Shown: positions 1 through 10,477, counted from the first letter of the stretch. The stretch: 64,000 bases of DNA from Planctomycetota bacterium (GCA_050248855.1 JBFWRP010000021.1:19286-83285); one strand, 5' to 3'. Numbers and translations: made by a program. Notes: a model not told the origin generated them from the letters alone.

Positions 1-64
1 ACAGCTCGCGGGCGGCCTCGCGGATGGCGACGCGCTTGGCGGCCTCGTCGCCCGACGCCGTCAT
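1..64 (-). CDS. Probable TetR/AcrR-family regulator, N-terminus only (runs off the window)
   Basis: ATG at 64 overlaps the P450 stop (ATGA). Translation MTASGDEAAKRVAIREAAREL resembles TetR helix 1. Confidence 0.55.
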   Translation of the reverse strand, partial: MTASGDEAAKRVAIREAAREL

Positions 65-1422
65 CGGTCCCTCGGTACGAGCAGGAGGGGAAGCGCTCCG
101 CGCGGACGCAGCGTGAACGTCGGGTCGGGCTCGGGACGTGGCCCTGAGGGTTGCATCGTGTAGCGCTGGAGGATCGTGGCCAGGATGAGCGGTGCTTCGA
201 GCAGGGCCAGCTGCCGCCCGATGCACACGCGGGCACCCCCCCCGAAGGGGAACCATGCGAAGCGGGGACGCGCGGCCGAGGGCTCCGGGTCGAAGCGCGA
301 CGGGTCGAAGCGCTCCGGCTCGGGCCACCACCGGGGGTGGCGGTGGACGAGCCACTGCGACGTCGTGACGAGCATGCGGCGCGGCAACCGGTACCCGTCC
401 ACGACGTCCTCGGCGAGGGCCTTGCGGGGCTGGCCCCATGCCGGCGGATAGAGGCGCAGGGTCTCGTCGAACACCTGCCGGGTCAGCCGCAGCGAGGGCA
501 CGTCCTCCACGGCGGGCATGCGCGCACCCACGACCCCGTCGATCTCGGCATGCACGCGGGACAGCACGTCGGGGTGTTCGGCCAAGAGGCGCAGCGTCCA
601 CGCCAGCGCCGCGGCCGAGGTGTCGTGTCCCGCGATCAGGAGCGTGATCATCTCGTCGATCAGCTCGCCTTCGCCGAACGCCTGGCCGTCCTCGTCGCGC
701 GCGGCGATCAACCGGCCCAGCAGGTCATTCCCCTCGCCGCCCTCCTTGCGGCGTGCCGCCAGGATGTCGCGCATGAGCTGGCGCAGGGTGTTGCGCGCCT
801 TGCGCAGGCGAAGGTTGCCGGGCGTGGGCACCCAGAGCGGGAGGGGAGGGGCGCCGGAGAGCCGTGCTCCCAAGCACGCGAAGGCCTCGCGCAAGGCACC
901 TCCGAACGCGGCGGCGTGATGCTCGAGGTCGGTGCCGAAGAACACCCGGGAGGCCACGCGAAGCGTGAGCTCGTTCAGCTCGGCGAGCATGTCACGCGGC
1001 TGATCCGGCCGCGCCGCGCCCCAGCTCGCGACATGGGCGGCCGCCGCGGCGACGATCGAAGGGCCCATGTCGAGCAGTCGCTCGCGCTGGAACGTCGGCG
1101 CCAGGAGCCGGCGCTTGCGCTTCCAGGCGTCGCCCTCGCTGCTGAAGACGCCGCCGCCGAACAAGGGGCGCACGATCTTCAGGAAGATGGCCGGCTTCTC
1201 GTACGCGCTCTGGTTGCGGGCGAGGACGTGCTCGACGCCGTCGGGCGAGGCCACCACGACCATGCGCACGAGGCCGCCGAGCATCCGCACCCCGAACACG
1301 TCGCCGTGCGCGCGGTGCAGTCGCTCGTACAGCCCGAGGGGGTTGCGGGCGAACTCGCGAATCGACACGTGCCGGGGCCAGGGGATCTCGCGACCCGGCG
1401 AGGGGGGCGGGGGGGCGTTCAT
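61..1422 (-). CDS. Cytochrome P450
   Basis: AGHDT I-helix, ETLR (ExxR), PERF and the heme motif FGGGARVCIG. Start uncertain; the ORF extends to 1458. Confidence 0.96.
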   Translation of the reverse strand: MNAPPPPSPGREIPWPRHVSIREFARNPLGLYERLHRAHGDVFGVRMLGGLVRMVVVASPDGVEHVLARNQSAYEKPAIFLKIVRPLFGGGVFSSEGDAWKRKRRLLAPTFQRERLLDMGPSIVAAAAAHVASWGAARPDQPRDMLAELNELTLRVASRVFFGTDLEHHAAAFGGALREAFACLGARLSGAPPLPLWVPTPGNLRLRKARNTLRQLMRDILAARRKEGGEGNDLLGRLIAARDEDGQAFGEGELIDEMITLLIAGHDTSAAALAWTLRLLAEHPDVLSRVHAEIDGVVGARMPAVEDVPSLRLTRQVFDETLRLYPPAWGQPRKALAEDVVDGYRLPRRMLVTTSQWLVHRHPRWWPEPERFDPSRFDPEPSAARPRFAWFPFGGGARVCIGRQLALLEAPLILATILQRYTMQPSGPRPEPDPTFTLRPRGALPLLLVPRDR

Positions 1423-1452
1423 GAACATAAGACGTAATCGTTCATTGTTCAT
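1421..1452. promoter_or_regulatory. Candidate operator (AT-rich inverted repeat) at the P450 start
   Basis: ATGAACA at 1421-1427 pairs with TGTTCAT at 1446-1452, with an extra GTTCAT at 1440-1445. The operon includes a TetR-like gene. Confidence 0.35.
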
Positions 1453-1683
1453 TTTCAAGGAATGTCGCGGGCGTCACTCCTTCCAAGCCCGGAAAACAGG
1501 GCTCCGAAGCACCCCGGAATTCCGGGGTCGTGGGCATTGGCCGTCCTGTCCGAGCCATCGGCCGTCCGGGGTTGAGGCGGCGAGGCGCTTGGCACGTGGC
1601 ACCGCGCGGGCCGGGGACTGTCGTGCGGTGTCGACTCCATCCCGTTGTCGGGTCGTGCGGGCGGTGCTAGAACGCGGTCGAGC

Positions 1684-2157
1684 ATGCGAGGGACCGCCCA
1701 CGTCGTTGCCGTACTCGCCTGGGCCATGGTCCAGATCCCTCTGCTGTTTTGCACCACCGAGTGCCGCGCCGGCGTGACCTTCGCCGTGCTGGCCGGCCAC
1801 CACGCATGCCATGACGAAGAAGCGCAGGGCCATCAAGCCCGGTGCACCAAGCACGGCCATGCGGGCCACGCCCACTGTCATGCCCACGACGACGCGCACG
1901 AGGGCGGGCCGGCGCCGGACGACGAACCGGAGTGCGGCCGACATGTCCTCGGCTTCGTGAGCTGCCTGACGAGCTCGCCCCCGGTCGCTTTGCCGGCGCC
2001 GTCCCGTGCGATGGGGGACCCGGGGCTTCCCGGCGGTTCGCCGCTGTCGGGCATGGGGTCCGGTGCCTGCGAAGGGGGGTGGCCGACCGGCGACGTCCCC
2101 GAGGTCCTTCCACCCACGCACGATCCCGTCGGCGCCGCCGAGCGCCTCCTCCTCTAG
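1684..2157 (+). CDS. His/Cys-rich exported protein preceding the metal efflux operon (CzcI-like position)
   Basis: Hydrophobic N-terminus followed by HHACHD...KHGHAGHAHCHAHDDAH; first gene of the efflux cluster. Confidence 0.6.
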   Translation: MRGTAHVVAVLAWAMVQIPLLFCTTECRAGVTFAVLAGHHACHDEEAQGHQARCTKHGHAGHAHCHAHDDAHEGGPAPDDEPECGRHVLGFVSCLTSSPPVALPAPSRAMGDPGLPGGSPLSGMGSGACEGGWPTGDVPEVLPPTHDPVGAAERLLL

Positions 2158-2233
2158 TCGCCCCTCGCGCGTCGCACGTCCCGGCCCTGCCGGGAAGGTG
2201 CGTGTCGAACGTGGACCGCGACTCGAGGACCGC

Positions 2234-3622
2234 ATGTACCGCTTGTTCCCCGCAACCGCCCTGGCGGGGGCTCTGCTCCTGGGAGCCTGCCGCTCTGCTC
2301 CACCCTACCGGCCGGCGCCGGTTGATCTCCGGGCAAGCTTGCGCACGTGGACGATGCGCGTTCCTGATGCGCCCGGCGTCCGTGCGTACGCGGCCACGCT
2401 GGCTCGGCTCGCGCCCACGCAGCCCGGGCCGTACGACCCGACCGACGGCCTGACGCTGGCCGAGGCCGAGGTCGTGGCCCTGTTCTTCAACCCCGGCTTG
2501 CGCATGGCACGTCTCGAGGCGCGTGTGCCCGCACTGGCCGCGCGCCAGGCCGGTCGCCCGCCCGACCCACGCCTCCAACTGGACGTGCTGCGCATCGTGG
2601 AGAGCGTGGCATCGCCCTGGATCCTGGCCTCGGGCCTGCAGCTGACGGTTCCCGTTGCCGGGCGCCTCGGGGCCGAGCGGGCCCACGCGCTCGCCGAAGC
2701 CGACGTCGCACGGCGCGAGGCCTACGCCGCCGAGGTCGAGACCATCGCGACGCTGCGCGAGGCGTGGAACACCTGGTCCGCGGTGGGCGAGCGCGTTGCC
2801 CTCGTGAGCGCCCATCTCGAGGGACTCGGGGGCGTGCTCGGCCTGGCCCGCGCGCAGCGCGAAGGCAACCAGATCGGCGAACCCGAGCTGCGCGTGCTCG
2901 AGATCGAGCGCGTGCGCAGCCAGGGGCGCCTGGAAGCCCTGCAGCGCGAAGGCCAGCGGCACGAGCTGGCGCTCAAGCGCTTGATGGGCCTGGCGCCGGA
3001 GGCCGCGGTCGCGCTGGTGCCGTCGTTCACAGCCGATGCCGAACCGCTCGACGTGGCCACCGAGCGCGAGCGCCTGCGGGAGGCGAGCCCCGCCCTCGCC
3101 TTGGCCCATGCGCGTCATGTGGAAAGCGAGCGGTCGCTCCGCCTCGCGATGCTCGAGCGGCAAGACGACGCGAGCCTCGCTCCCCTTGTCGAGTCCGAAG
3201 ACGGCGAAGCACGCCTCGGCGGAACGCTCGACATCCCCCTCGTCGTGGGCGATGGCAACCGCCAGGCCATTGCGGAGGCCCTCGCCCGCAGGGATGCGGC
3301 GCGCGGCACGCTCGAGGCCCGGCAGGACGACCTGATGGGAGAGCTGGCCGATCGCCACGCGGCGTGGGAGGCCGCCAAGGCGCGCGACGCCTGGGTCCGC
3401 GAGCACGTCGCGCCCCTTGCCGACCAGCAGCTGGCCGAGCTCCAGACCCTCGGCGAGCTCGGCGATCTCGATGTGCTCATCCTCAAGGATGCGCTTACGA
3501 GCCTCCTGGAGGCCAAGGAGGAGCTGCTGGACGCGCGCTTGGAGCGCGCGCAGGCCAGCGCACGCATCCACACCCTCGTGACCCCCCTTCGCACGCCCTA
3601 CATGGAGGCAAGCCCGCGATGA
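2234..3622 (+). CDS. TolC/CzcC-family outer membrane efflux lipoprotein
   Basis: Lipobox LLGAC, long helical OEP-like repeats, stop overlaps the start of the adaptor gene. Confidence 0.85.
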   Translation: MYRLFPATALAGALLLGACRSAPPYRPAPVDLRASLRTWTMRVPDAPGVRAYAATLARLAPTQPGPYDPTDGLTLAEAEVVALFFNPGLRMARLEARVPALAARQAGRPPDPRLQLDVLRIVESVASPWILASGLQLTVPVAGRLGAERAHALAEADVARREAYAAEVETIATLREAWNTWSAVGERVALVSAHLEGLGGVLGLARAQREGNQIGEPELRVLEIERVRSQGRLEALQREGQRHELALKRLMGLAPEAAVALVPSFTADAEPLDVATERERLREASPALALAHARHVESERSLRLAMLERQDDASLAPLVESEDGEARLGGTLDIPLVVGDGNRQAIAEALARRDAARGTLEARQDDLMGELADRHAAWEAAKARDAWVREHVAPLADQQLAELQTLGELGDLDVLILKDALTSLLEAKEELLDARLERAQASARIHTLVTPLRTPYMEASPR

Positions 3623-5118
3623 GATACCACCTGTCCATCGGGTCGTGGCGCGCCGCCAGCGGGGCGATGCTGCTGATGCTGTCGGCCTGTGGGCGCGAAC
3701 CTGCGCCCGCGCCGGCCGGCGACGTGCATGCCGAGGCGGCTGCGACCATCACCAACCGCATCGACATCCCGCCGGCGGTCCGCAAGAACCTGGGCATCAC
3801 CTTTGCCACCGTCGCATCGCGTGCCGTCACCCAGACGGCCCGCGTCCCGGGCCACTTCGAGCTGACGCCGGCAGCCCATCGGGCATACGCCGCGACGCTT
3901 TCTGGCCAGATCGAGCTGCAGGTGGAGCAGTACCAACACGTCGAGAAGGGCGATGTCCTGTTCCGCATGGAGTCGGCCGCATGGCACGAGATGCAACGCG
4001 AGCTGGCCGCGACCGTGAACGCGATCCGCAAGGCGCACGCCGAGCTTGCGGGGGTCGATGCGCGCATCGTTGCGGTGCGCGGCCATGCCGAGGGCCTGCG
4101 AGCCCAGCGTGACATCTGGAAGGAACGCCTGGAGCAGATCGCCGGCATCGGGGCGGCCGGCGGAGGCGTGGCGACCGCACGCACCGAGGCGCGCGCGGCG
4201 CTGGCCGCGGCCGAGACCTCGCTGGCCGAAGTGGCCGAAGAGGAAGCCGAGCTGGCAGGAGCGGCCGGTGCCCTCGATGCCGAGCTCCGAGGCCACCAAG
4301 AGGCCACGCCGCGCCTCTACGCAGACGCTCTGGGGACCCCGCTGCCCACGGATTCGTCCGCCCGGCTGGACCTCGCCCTCGCGCGCGCCGCAGCCCTCGT
4401 GGGTCTCACGGTCGATGCGCTGTGCGCGCCGGAGCCGGGCGCGCAGCGCGTGCCCCGATGGCGCGCGCTGGACCGGCTCGAGGTCACGGCGACCGAAGAC
4501 GGTGTCGTGGAGTCCCTGGAGGTCGCCACCGGCGCCTGGGTCGAGACCGGCCAGCTGGTGCTCGAGACGGTGGACCCTACCCGGCTTCGCTTCCGCGCCG
4601 CGGGCCTGCAGGCTGATCTCGCAAGCCTGCGGGAGGGGATGCGCGGCCTCGTGCTGCCGCCGGGTGGCCACGCGAGCGCGATCGACCAGGGTCTTGCCGG
4701 CACCATCCACATCGCCTTGGAGGCCGATCCGCTGGCGCGCAAGATCGACCTGCTGCTGACGCCCCAGGGTGACCAGCACCCGTCGTGGGCGCGGGGCGGC
4801 GTGTCCACCGAGCTCGAGCTCGTGCTGGCCGAGTCCGCGGAACCGGAGCTCGCGATTCCCGTCCAGTCCGTGATCCAAGATGGCTTGCACAAGATCTTCT
4901 TCCGCCGCGATCCCAAGAACCCCGACAAGGTGATCCGCGTCGAGGCCGACCTGGGTCGTTCCGACGGGCGCTGGGTGGTCGTCGAGAGTGGCGTCATGGA
5001 GGGCGACGAGGTCGTCCTCCATGGTGTGTACGAGCTGATGCTCGCCAGCGGCGGAGCCAAGGCGACCGGCGGCCACTTCCATGCCGACGGCACGTGGCAC
5101 GAAGGCCCGGACCACTAG
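3619..5118 (+). CDS. RND efflux periplasmic adaptor (CzcB/CusB-like)
   Basis: Lipobox LSAC, lipoyl halves flanking a coiled coil, C-terminal GGHFHADGTWHEGPDH. Confidence 0.9.
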   Translation: MRYHLSIGSWRAASGAMLLMLSACGREPAPAPAGDVHAEAAATITNRIDIPPAVRKNLGITFATVASRAVTQTARVPGHFELTPAAHRAYAATLSGQIELQVEQYQHVEKGDVLFRMESAAWHEMQRELAATVNAIRKAHAELAGVDARIVAVRGHAEGLRAQRDIWKERLEQIAGIGAAGGGVATARTEARAALAAAETSLAEVAEEEAELAGAAGALDAELRGHQEATPRLYADALGTPLPTDSSARLDLALARAAALVGLTVDALCAPEPGAQRVPRWRALDRLEVTATEDGVVESLEVATGAWVETGQLVLETVDPTRLRFRAAGLQADLASLREGMRGLVLPPGGHASAIDQGLAGTIHIALEADPLARKIDLLLTPQGDQHPSWARGGVSTELELVLAESAEPELAIPVQSVIQDGLHKIFFRRDPKNPDKVIRVEADLGRSDGRWVVVESGVMEGDEVVLHGVYELMLASGGAKATGGHFHADGTWHEGPDH

Positions 5119-5127
5119 GGCGCCGAC

Positions 5128-8100
5128 ATGCTGCAGAAGCTGATCCGATTCTCGCTCGACAACTCCGCGCTCGTGCTCGTCGCTGCGGCGCTCGTGCTCG
5201 GCTTGTCGATCTACCAGGTCGAGAACGCTCCGGTGGACGTGTTCCCCGAGCTGAATGCCCCGACCGTCGTCGTGCTCACGGAGGCTGCGGGCTTCGCGGC
5301 GGACGAGGTCGAGCAGTTCGTGACGTTCCCCATCGAGAGCGCCGTCAACGGCTTGCCCGGCGTGCGTCGCGTGCGAAGCAGCAGTGCGATCGGGCTCTCG
5401 ATCGTGTGGGTGGAGTTCGACTGGGGCGCCGACATCTACACGGCTCGTTATCTGGTCTCCGAGCGCCTCACCATTGCCGACGAGAGCCTGCCGGACGGCG
5501 TGACCCCGCAGATCACGCCCGTGACCAGCATCACGGGCGAGATCATGCTGATCTCTCTGGGCGCCGAGGTCGACGCGGAGGGGAGACCACGCATCGACCC
5601 GATGCGCCTGCGCTCGTACGCCGAGTTCGACCTGCGCAACCACTTGTTGGCCGTGCCCGGCGTCTCGCAAGTGGTGGCGCTCGGCGGCGAGCTGCCTGAG
5701 TACCAGGTCAACGTGGACCAGACACGGCTGCGTCTCCACGGACTCGCGATCCAGGACGTCATCGAGGCCGCGCGCAAGGCGCACAGCACGGCGGGCGCCG
5801 GGTACCTGCCTGACGTAAGCGGGCTCGAGATCCCCCTGCGGCAGACAGGACGCGTGCGCGGCGTGGCCGACATCCAGGGCACGCCGATCCGCTACGTCGA
5901 CGGCGCGCCGGTCACGATCGGCCAAGTCGCGGACGTGACCCTCGGCGGGGCGCCCCAGCGCGGGACGGCGTCCCAGGAGGGCCGTCCGGCGGTCGTCCTC
6001 AGTGTCCAGAAGGCGCCTGGGACCAACACGCTGGCACTGACCCAACAGATCGACGACAAGCTGGACCAGGTCGAGTCGGGCCTGCCGGAAGGCATGGTGC
6101 TCGATCGGCACGTGATGCGGCAGTCCGACTTCATCCGGCGCAGCCTGAAGCAGGTAACGCACGTGGGGCGCGATGCCGCCCTGATCGTGGCGGTGATCCT
6201 GGCCCTGTTCCTGATGAACATCCGGGCCACGATCATCACGTTGGTCACGATTCCCCTGTCCATCGGGCTGGCCCTGCTCACACTGCAGGGTCGCGGCGCG
6301 ACGATCAACGTCATGACGCTCGGCGGATTGGCCATCGCCATCGGCGAGATCGTCGACGACAGCATCATCGACGTGGAGAACGTCTTCCGACGACTGCGGG
6401 AGAACAGGAGGCTGCCGAAGGCCGAGCGCCTGCCACTGACCGAGGTCATCTTCCACGCCAGCAACGAGATCCGCAGCTCGATCGTGTTCGCCACGATCAT
6501 CATCGTGATGGTCTTCGTGCCGCTCTTGTTCCTGCAGGGTCTCGAGGGGCGGTTCTTCCGACCGCTCGGCACCATGTACATCACCAGCATCCTGGCGTCG
6601 TTGTTCGTGGCTCTCACCGTGACGCCCGCGCTGTGCAAGTACCTCTTCCGCGGCCAGATGAAGCTCAAGGAACACCAAGACGGACTGCTCGTGCGCGGGC
6701 TCAAGCGGATCTACGAGCCCGCCGTGCGCCTCGCGGTGCGGTGGCGCAAGACGGTCCTCGCGGGGTGCTTGGCGGTAGCAGGGCTGTTCGTGGCGTTTGC
6801 CGGGACGTTCGGGTCGAGCTTCCTGCCGGAGTTCAACGAGGGCACCTTCACCGTGTTCCTCATGGCGCCGCCTGGGACCTCGCTGGCCGAGAGCGACCGC
6901 CTTGGTGTGGGCGTGGAGATGCGCCTGGCCGAGATCGATGGCGTCCGCCATGTCGTCAGGCGCACCGGTCGGGCCGAGCGCGACGAGCACGCCGAGCCGG
7001 TGAGCAGCAGCGAGATCGAGGTGGGGGTCGCGCCCGGCTACGAGCGCCACGCGGTGCGTCGCGAGATCGACAAGGTCCTGGGAGCGATCCCCGGGATCAC
7101 GACCATGGTCGGCCAACCCATCGAGCATCGGATGTCGCACGTGATGTCGGGCACGCCGGCGGCCGTGGCCATCAGCGTGTTCGGCGAGGACTTGCCGACG
7201 CTCCGCGTGATTGCCAAGCGGATCGAGAGCGAGCTCGAGCAGCTACCCGGCGCCCGCGACGTGAATGCCCAGCGCGAGGTGATGATCAGCACCTTGCCCA
7301 TCCGGTACCGGCCCGAGGCGCTGGCGCGGTGGGGCCTGAGCGCGGTCGATGCCGCCGAGCAGGTCAAGGCTGCCGTGTTCGGTGAGTCGGTCGCCTCGGT
7401 CAACGAGGGCGTGCGCCTCTACGACCTCGTCGTCCGCCTGGCACCCGACCAACGCCAGTCCGTGGAGCAGGTCAAGGACCTGCTGCTACGTGGCGAGGGC
7501 GGGGCCCTGGTGCGACTGCGCGAGGTGGCCGACATCGGGATCGAGCGCGCGTCCAACCTCATTGCCCGCGAGAATGCCCAGCGAAAGGCCGTCGTGTCGG
7601 CCAACGTCGCGGAAGGCCACAACCTGGGCCATCTCGTGCAGGCGATCCGCAAGAGGGTCGACCCGATCGTCGCAGAGTACGGCTACACGGTGCACTACGG
7701 CGGGCAGTTCGAGGCGCAGCAGTCTGCGTCTCGCACCATCTACGTGATGGGGGGCGCCGTCGCCGTCCTGATGCTGTTGCTCCTGGGCATGGCGCTCAAG
7801 TCCACCCGCGCGGCGCTGCTCGTCATGGTCAATCTGCCGCTCGCGCTGATCGGCGGCATCGCGGCCGTGTTCTTGGCCGAGTCGCCCGCTCCGCTGCAGC
7901 AGATCGGTGCGTTGCTCGGCTTCGGCGGCACGTACCAGGCGCCGGTCCTGTCGGTCGCCAGCATGGTGGGCTTCGTGACCCTCTTCGGCATTGCCGTGCG
8001 CAACGGCATCCTCTTGGTCAACCACTATCGGCATCTGATGGAGCTCGAGGGGCGCACCTTGGAGCAGGCCATCCTCCTCGGCTCCATGGAGCGCTTGGTG

Positions 8101-8364
8101 CCGATCCTGATGACGGCCCTGACGGCTGCCTTGGGCCTGATCCCCATGGCCATGGCCGCCGGCGAGCCCGGCAGCGAGCTCTTGGCACCCCTGGGCGTGG
8201 TCGTCCTGGGAGGCCTGATCACCTCGACCTTCCTGAACCTGATCGTGGTGCCGGCTGGCTACTCCCTCGTGTTCCGAGGGAACCCGCGCCTGCCGCACCT
8301 CTCCGAGATCGAGGAGCGGGTCGAGGCCACTCACGACGACAACAACGAGGAGTCGAACCCATGA
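5128..8364 (+). CDS. czcA: CzcA/CusA-family heavy-metal RND permease
   Basis: 1078 aa with PVDVFPEL, GEIVDDSIIDVEN, ERDEHAEPV, RNGILL and RLVPILMTAL motifs. Confidence 0.95.
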   Translation: MLQKLIRFSLDNSALVLVAAALVLGLSIYQVENAPVDVFPELNAPTVVVLTEAAGFAADEVEQFVTFPIESAVNGLPGVRRVRSSSAIGLSIVWVEFDWGADIYTARYLVSERLTIADESLPDGVTPQITPVTSITGEIMLISLGAEVDAEGRPRIDPMRLRSYAEFDLRNHLLAVPGVSQVVALGGELPEYQVNVDQTRLRLHGLAIQDVIEAARKAHSTAGAGYLPDVSGLEIPLRQTGRVRGVADIQGTPIRYVDGAPVTIGQVADVTLGGAPQRGTASQEGRPAVVLSVQKAPGTNTLALTQQIDDKLDQVESGLPEGMVLDRHVMRQSDFIRRSLKQVTHVGRDAALIVAVILALFLMNIRATIITLVTIPLSIGLALLTLQGRGATINVMTLGGLAIAIGEIVDDSIIDVENVFRRLRENRRLPKAERLPLTEVIFHASNEIRSSIVFATIIIVMVFVPLLFLQGLEGRFFRPLGTMYITSILASLFVALTVTPALCKYLFRGQMKLKEHQDGLLVRGLKRIYEPAVRLAVRWRKTVLAGCLAVAGLFVAFAGTFGSSFLPEFNEGTFTVFLMAPPGTSLAESDRLGVGVEMRLAEIDGVRHVVRRTGRAERDEHAEPVSSSEIEVGVAPGYERHAVRREIDKVLGAIPGITTMVGQPIEHRMSHVMSGTPAAVAISVFGEDLPTLRVIAKRIESELEQLPGARDVNAQREVMISTLPIRYRPEALARWGLSAVDAAEQVKAAVFGESVASVNEGVRLYDLVVRLAPDQRQSVEQVKDLLLRGEGGALVRLREVADIGIERASNLIARENAQRKAVVSANVAEGHNLGHLVQAIRKRVDPIVAEYGYTVHYGGQFEAQQSASRTIYVMGGAVAVLMLLLLGMALKSTRAALLVMVNLPLALIGGIAAVFLAESPAPLQQIGALLGFGGTYQAPVLSVASMVGFVTLFGIAVRNGILLVNHYRHLMELEGRTLEQAILLGSMERLVPILMTALTAALGLIPMAMAAGEPGSELLAPLGVVVLGGLITSTFLNLIVVPAGYSLVFRGNPRLPHLSEIEERVEATHDDNNEESNP

Positions 8365-8873
8365 TGCGCAGCTTCTCCTGGATCCTCATGGTCCTTGCTC
8401 TCGCCCTGTTCGCCGCATGCGGCGACAAGGGGGATGCCGACAAGGGCGGCACGACGAACGGCACCGGAGCGACCGCCGACCACGACGGGGATCATGATCA
8501 CGACGCGGATCATGACCATGACGGCGATCACGACCACGACGACCACGACGACCACGACCACGGCGAACGGCACGTGCTCGGTGAGGCCCAGGCAGGCGGC
8601 TACACCGTCGCCCTGGCCGTCTTCGGTGACATCAAGGCGGGCGGCGAAGCCGTCCTCGACATCAACGTGAGCGGCGGGGACGCGTCGGTCGTGCGTGCCT
8701 GGGTCGGCGTCGAGTCGGGCAAAGGCTCGATGAAGGGCAAGGTCGACGGCGAGGACGGCGACTACCACGGCCACATCGAGATCCCTGCCGAGATGGCCGA
8801 AGGGAGTGCGATCTGGGTCGAGATCGAAGGCGCCGACGGCGCCAAGAACGCGACCTCGTTCAAGCTGCCCTGA
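8361..8873 (+). CDS. His/Asp-rich lipoprotein (putative metal binding)
   Basis: Lipobox FAAC and a DHDGDHDHDADHDH... tract; translationally coupled to czcA. Confidence 0.8.
   Translation: MMRSFSWILMVLALALFAACGDKGDADKGGTTNGTGATADHDGDHDHDADHDHDGDHDHDDHDDHDHGERHVLGEAQAGGYTVALAVFGDIKAGGEAVLDINVSGGDASVVRAWVGVESGKGSMKGKVDGEDGDYHGHIEIPAEMAEGSAIWVEIEGADGAKNATSFKLP
8478..8561 (+). repeat. Coding (GACCAC/GATCAT)n low-complexity repeat encoding an Asp-His tract
   Basis: Directly visible in the sequence. Confidence 0.85.
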
Positions 8874-8995
8874 GGCGCGGCTGGCGTCTGAACCGGGTCC
8901 GGCGCACCATCGCGTGCGCCGGACGACCGATGAGCTCTGTTGAGGGGCTGCCGGCTCCTCGTCCCCACGTCCCCCCTTCCCTGTAGGTACTCGCC

Positions 8996-9511
8996 ATGTC
9001 CATCCGTAGCTTCGCTCCTTCCCTGCTTGTCGCCCTGGCCTTCGTGGCTGCCACATCGGTGCGCGCGGACGAGCCGCCCAAGCCCCGTCTCGAGTTCCTC
9101 TACTTCGCCGTCGAGGGCGCGGGCGAGGCGGAGGTGGGGGCGGCCGTCGAGCGTGCCGTCGCGGCGGTTCCCGGTGTGAGGTCCTTCGCCTGGACCCGCG
9201 AGCGCGCGGAGGCCAAGGTGATCCGCGTCGTAGGGGAGGCGCCGACGCCGGCCCTGATCGAGGCGTTCCGCGGCGCCAAGGCGATCGCCGCCGTCGTGCC
9301 CGTGACGCAGCCGACCCTGGTCTTCCAGACGCGGCTCCACTGCAACGGGTGCGTCATGAACGTCAAGCGCGCGCTGCGCAAGCTGGCGGGCGTGAAGGAG
9401 ATCACGGTGGCCAAGACCATGGACTCCGTCACCCTCGTGCTGGCCGAGAAGCAGACATCGTTGGAGCAAGTGCGCAGCACGCTCGTGGACGCAGGCTACC
9501 CGGCTCGCTGA
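8996..9511 (+). CDS. Exported heavy-metal-associated (HMA) domain protein
   Basis: Signal peptide. The C-terminal HMA domain has LHCNGC; the N-terminal HMA-like fold lacks the Cys pair. Confidence 0.8.
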   Translation: MSIRSFAPSLLVALAFVAATSVRADEPPKPRLEFLYFAVEGAGEAEVGAAVERAVAAVPGVRSFAWTRERAEAKVIRVVGEAPTPALIEAFRGAKAIAAVVPVTQPTLVFQTRLHCNGCVMNVKRALRKLAGVKEITVAKTMDSVTLVLAEKQTSLEQVRSTLVDAGYPAR

Positions 9512-9550
9512 TCCCACTCGGAGGCGGGACCTGCATTCCTGCTCAGCCTC

Positions 9551-10477
9551 TCAGGGCGCGGTTTCGGAGAGCAGGCCCAGGTAGCGGGGCGCCACGCGCG
9601 CCATCCAGGCGCCAGGAGCCTCCGCCGTCCATCGCGTCGTCTTCGACAGCCAGCAGAGCACGTGGGCTGGCGCGCGGGCCAGCGCCCCGGCGGTCACGAG
9701 GTCGGGGTCGCCGTGTCCGTAGGCGTGGAGGGCCATGGCGAGCATGTCCGCGCCGAACCAGATGGCGAGCGGGGTCCACTCCGCGTTGACGGTGGACCAC
9801 GTGGCATCGGTCCAGTCCAGAACGCCTACGAGGTCGCCGCCCTCGTCGACCAGCCAGTGGTCGGGCCCGAGGTCGCCATGCGCGAGTGCGCGCGCGCCGC
9901 GGTCGGGTCCCGCCGCATCGAGGTCGGCCAACGTGCGTTCGCCGATGCCGGGTGCGAGCAGGTGCTCGATGCGCGGTAGGACGTCCGCCAGCTGCGCACG
10001 CAGGTCCGGGGACCCCGCGTCGGCATCGGGCGGCGCGGCGGTCACGTCGTCGGGGCGGATCTCGTGGAGCTCGCGCACGAGTCGACCGTACGTGGCCGCG
10101 AAGCGCGGCCACGCGGCCGGCGCCGGCAGCCGCACGTTGGCCGTCTCGCCCGGCAACCACGTGTAGCCCGCGAAGACGTACGGGAACGTCTCGCACGGCC
10201 CGCCGCGCCACAGGAGCCGCGGGATCGGTACGGAGATGCGGTCGGCCACGTGGGGCAAGAACCCGATCTCCCGCTCCAAGCACGCCGCCGAGCTGGCCCG
10301 CCGCGGGAAGCGCACGAGGTCTCCGTCCACGCGCCACGCGTCGAAGTCCCAGCCCGAGCCGACGTACGTGACGCTGGCAAGCGGCGCCTGGGGCCGCGCC
10401 GCCCGCACGGCAGCGCGTACCGAGCCCTCGTCGAGCTCGGCCCGGTCGAGCCGCCACGGCGGATGCGCATCCTCCAC
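9551..10477 (-). CDS. Aminoglycoside phosphotransferase-family (APH-like) kinase
   Basis: GSGWD, VRFPR, HGDLGPDH and GVLDW motifs; GTG start inferred. Confidence 0.85.
   Translation of the reverse strand: MEDAHPPWRLDRAELDEGSVRAAVRAARPQAPLASVTYVGSGWDFDAWRVDGDLVRFPRRASSAACLEREIGFLPHVADRISVPIPRLLWRGGPCETFPYVFAGYTWLPGETANVRLPAPAAWPRFAATYGRLVRELHEIRPDDVTAAPPDADAGSPDLRAQLADVLPRIEHLLAPGIGERTLADLDAAGPDRGARALAHGDLGPDHWLVDEGGDLVGVLDWTDATWSTVNAEWTPLAIWFGADMLAMALHAYGHGDPDLVTAGALARAPAHVLCWLSKTTRWTAEAPGAWMARVAPRYLGLLSETAP

Noticed and set aside
1511..1528. Perfect 18-bp palindrome ACCCCGGAATTCCGGGGT between the P450 and efflux operons
   Set aside because: Single occurrence and GC-rich. It could be an operator, but there is no supporting evidence.
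3598..7140. Very long antisense or alternate-frame ORFs (also 22375-24261, 26061-28112, 37040-39217, 11617-14136)
   Set aside because: These are shadow ORFs expected in high-GC DNA. They overlap well-supported genes and have Arg/Ala/Gly/Pro-rich, motif-free translations.
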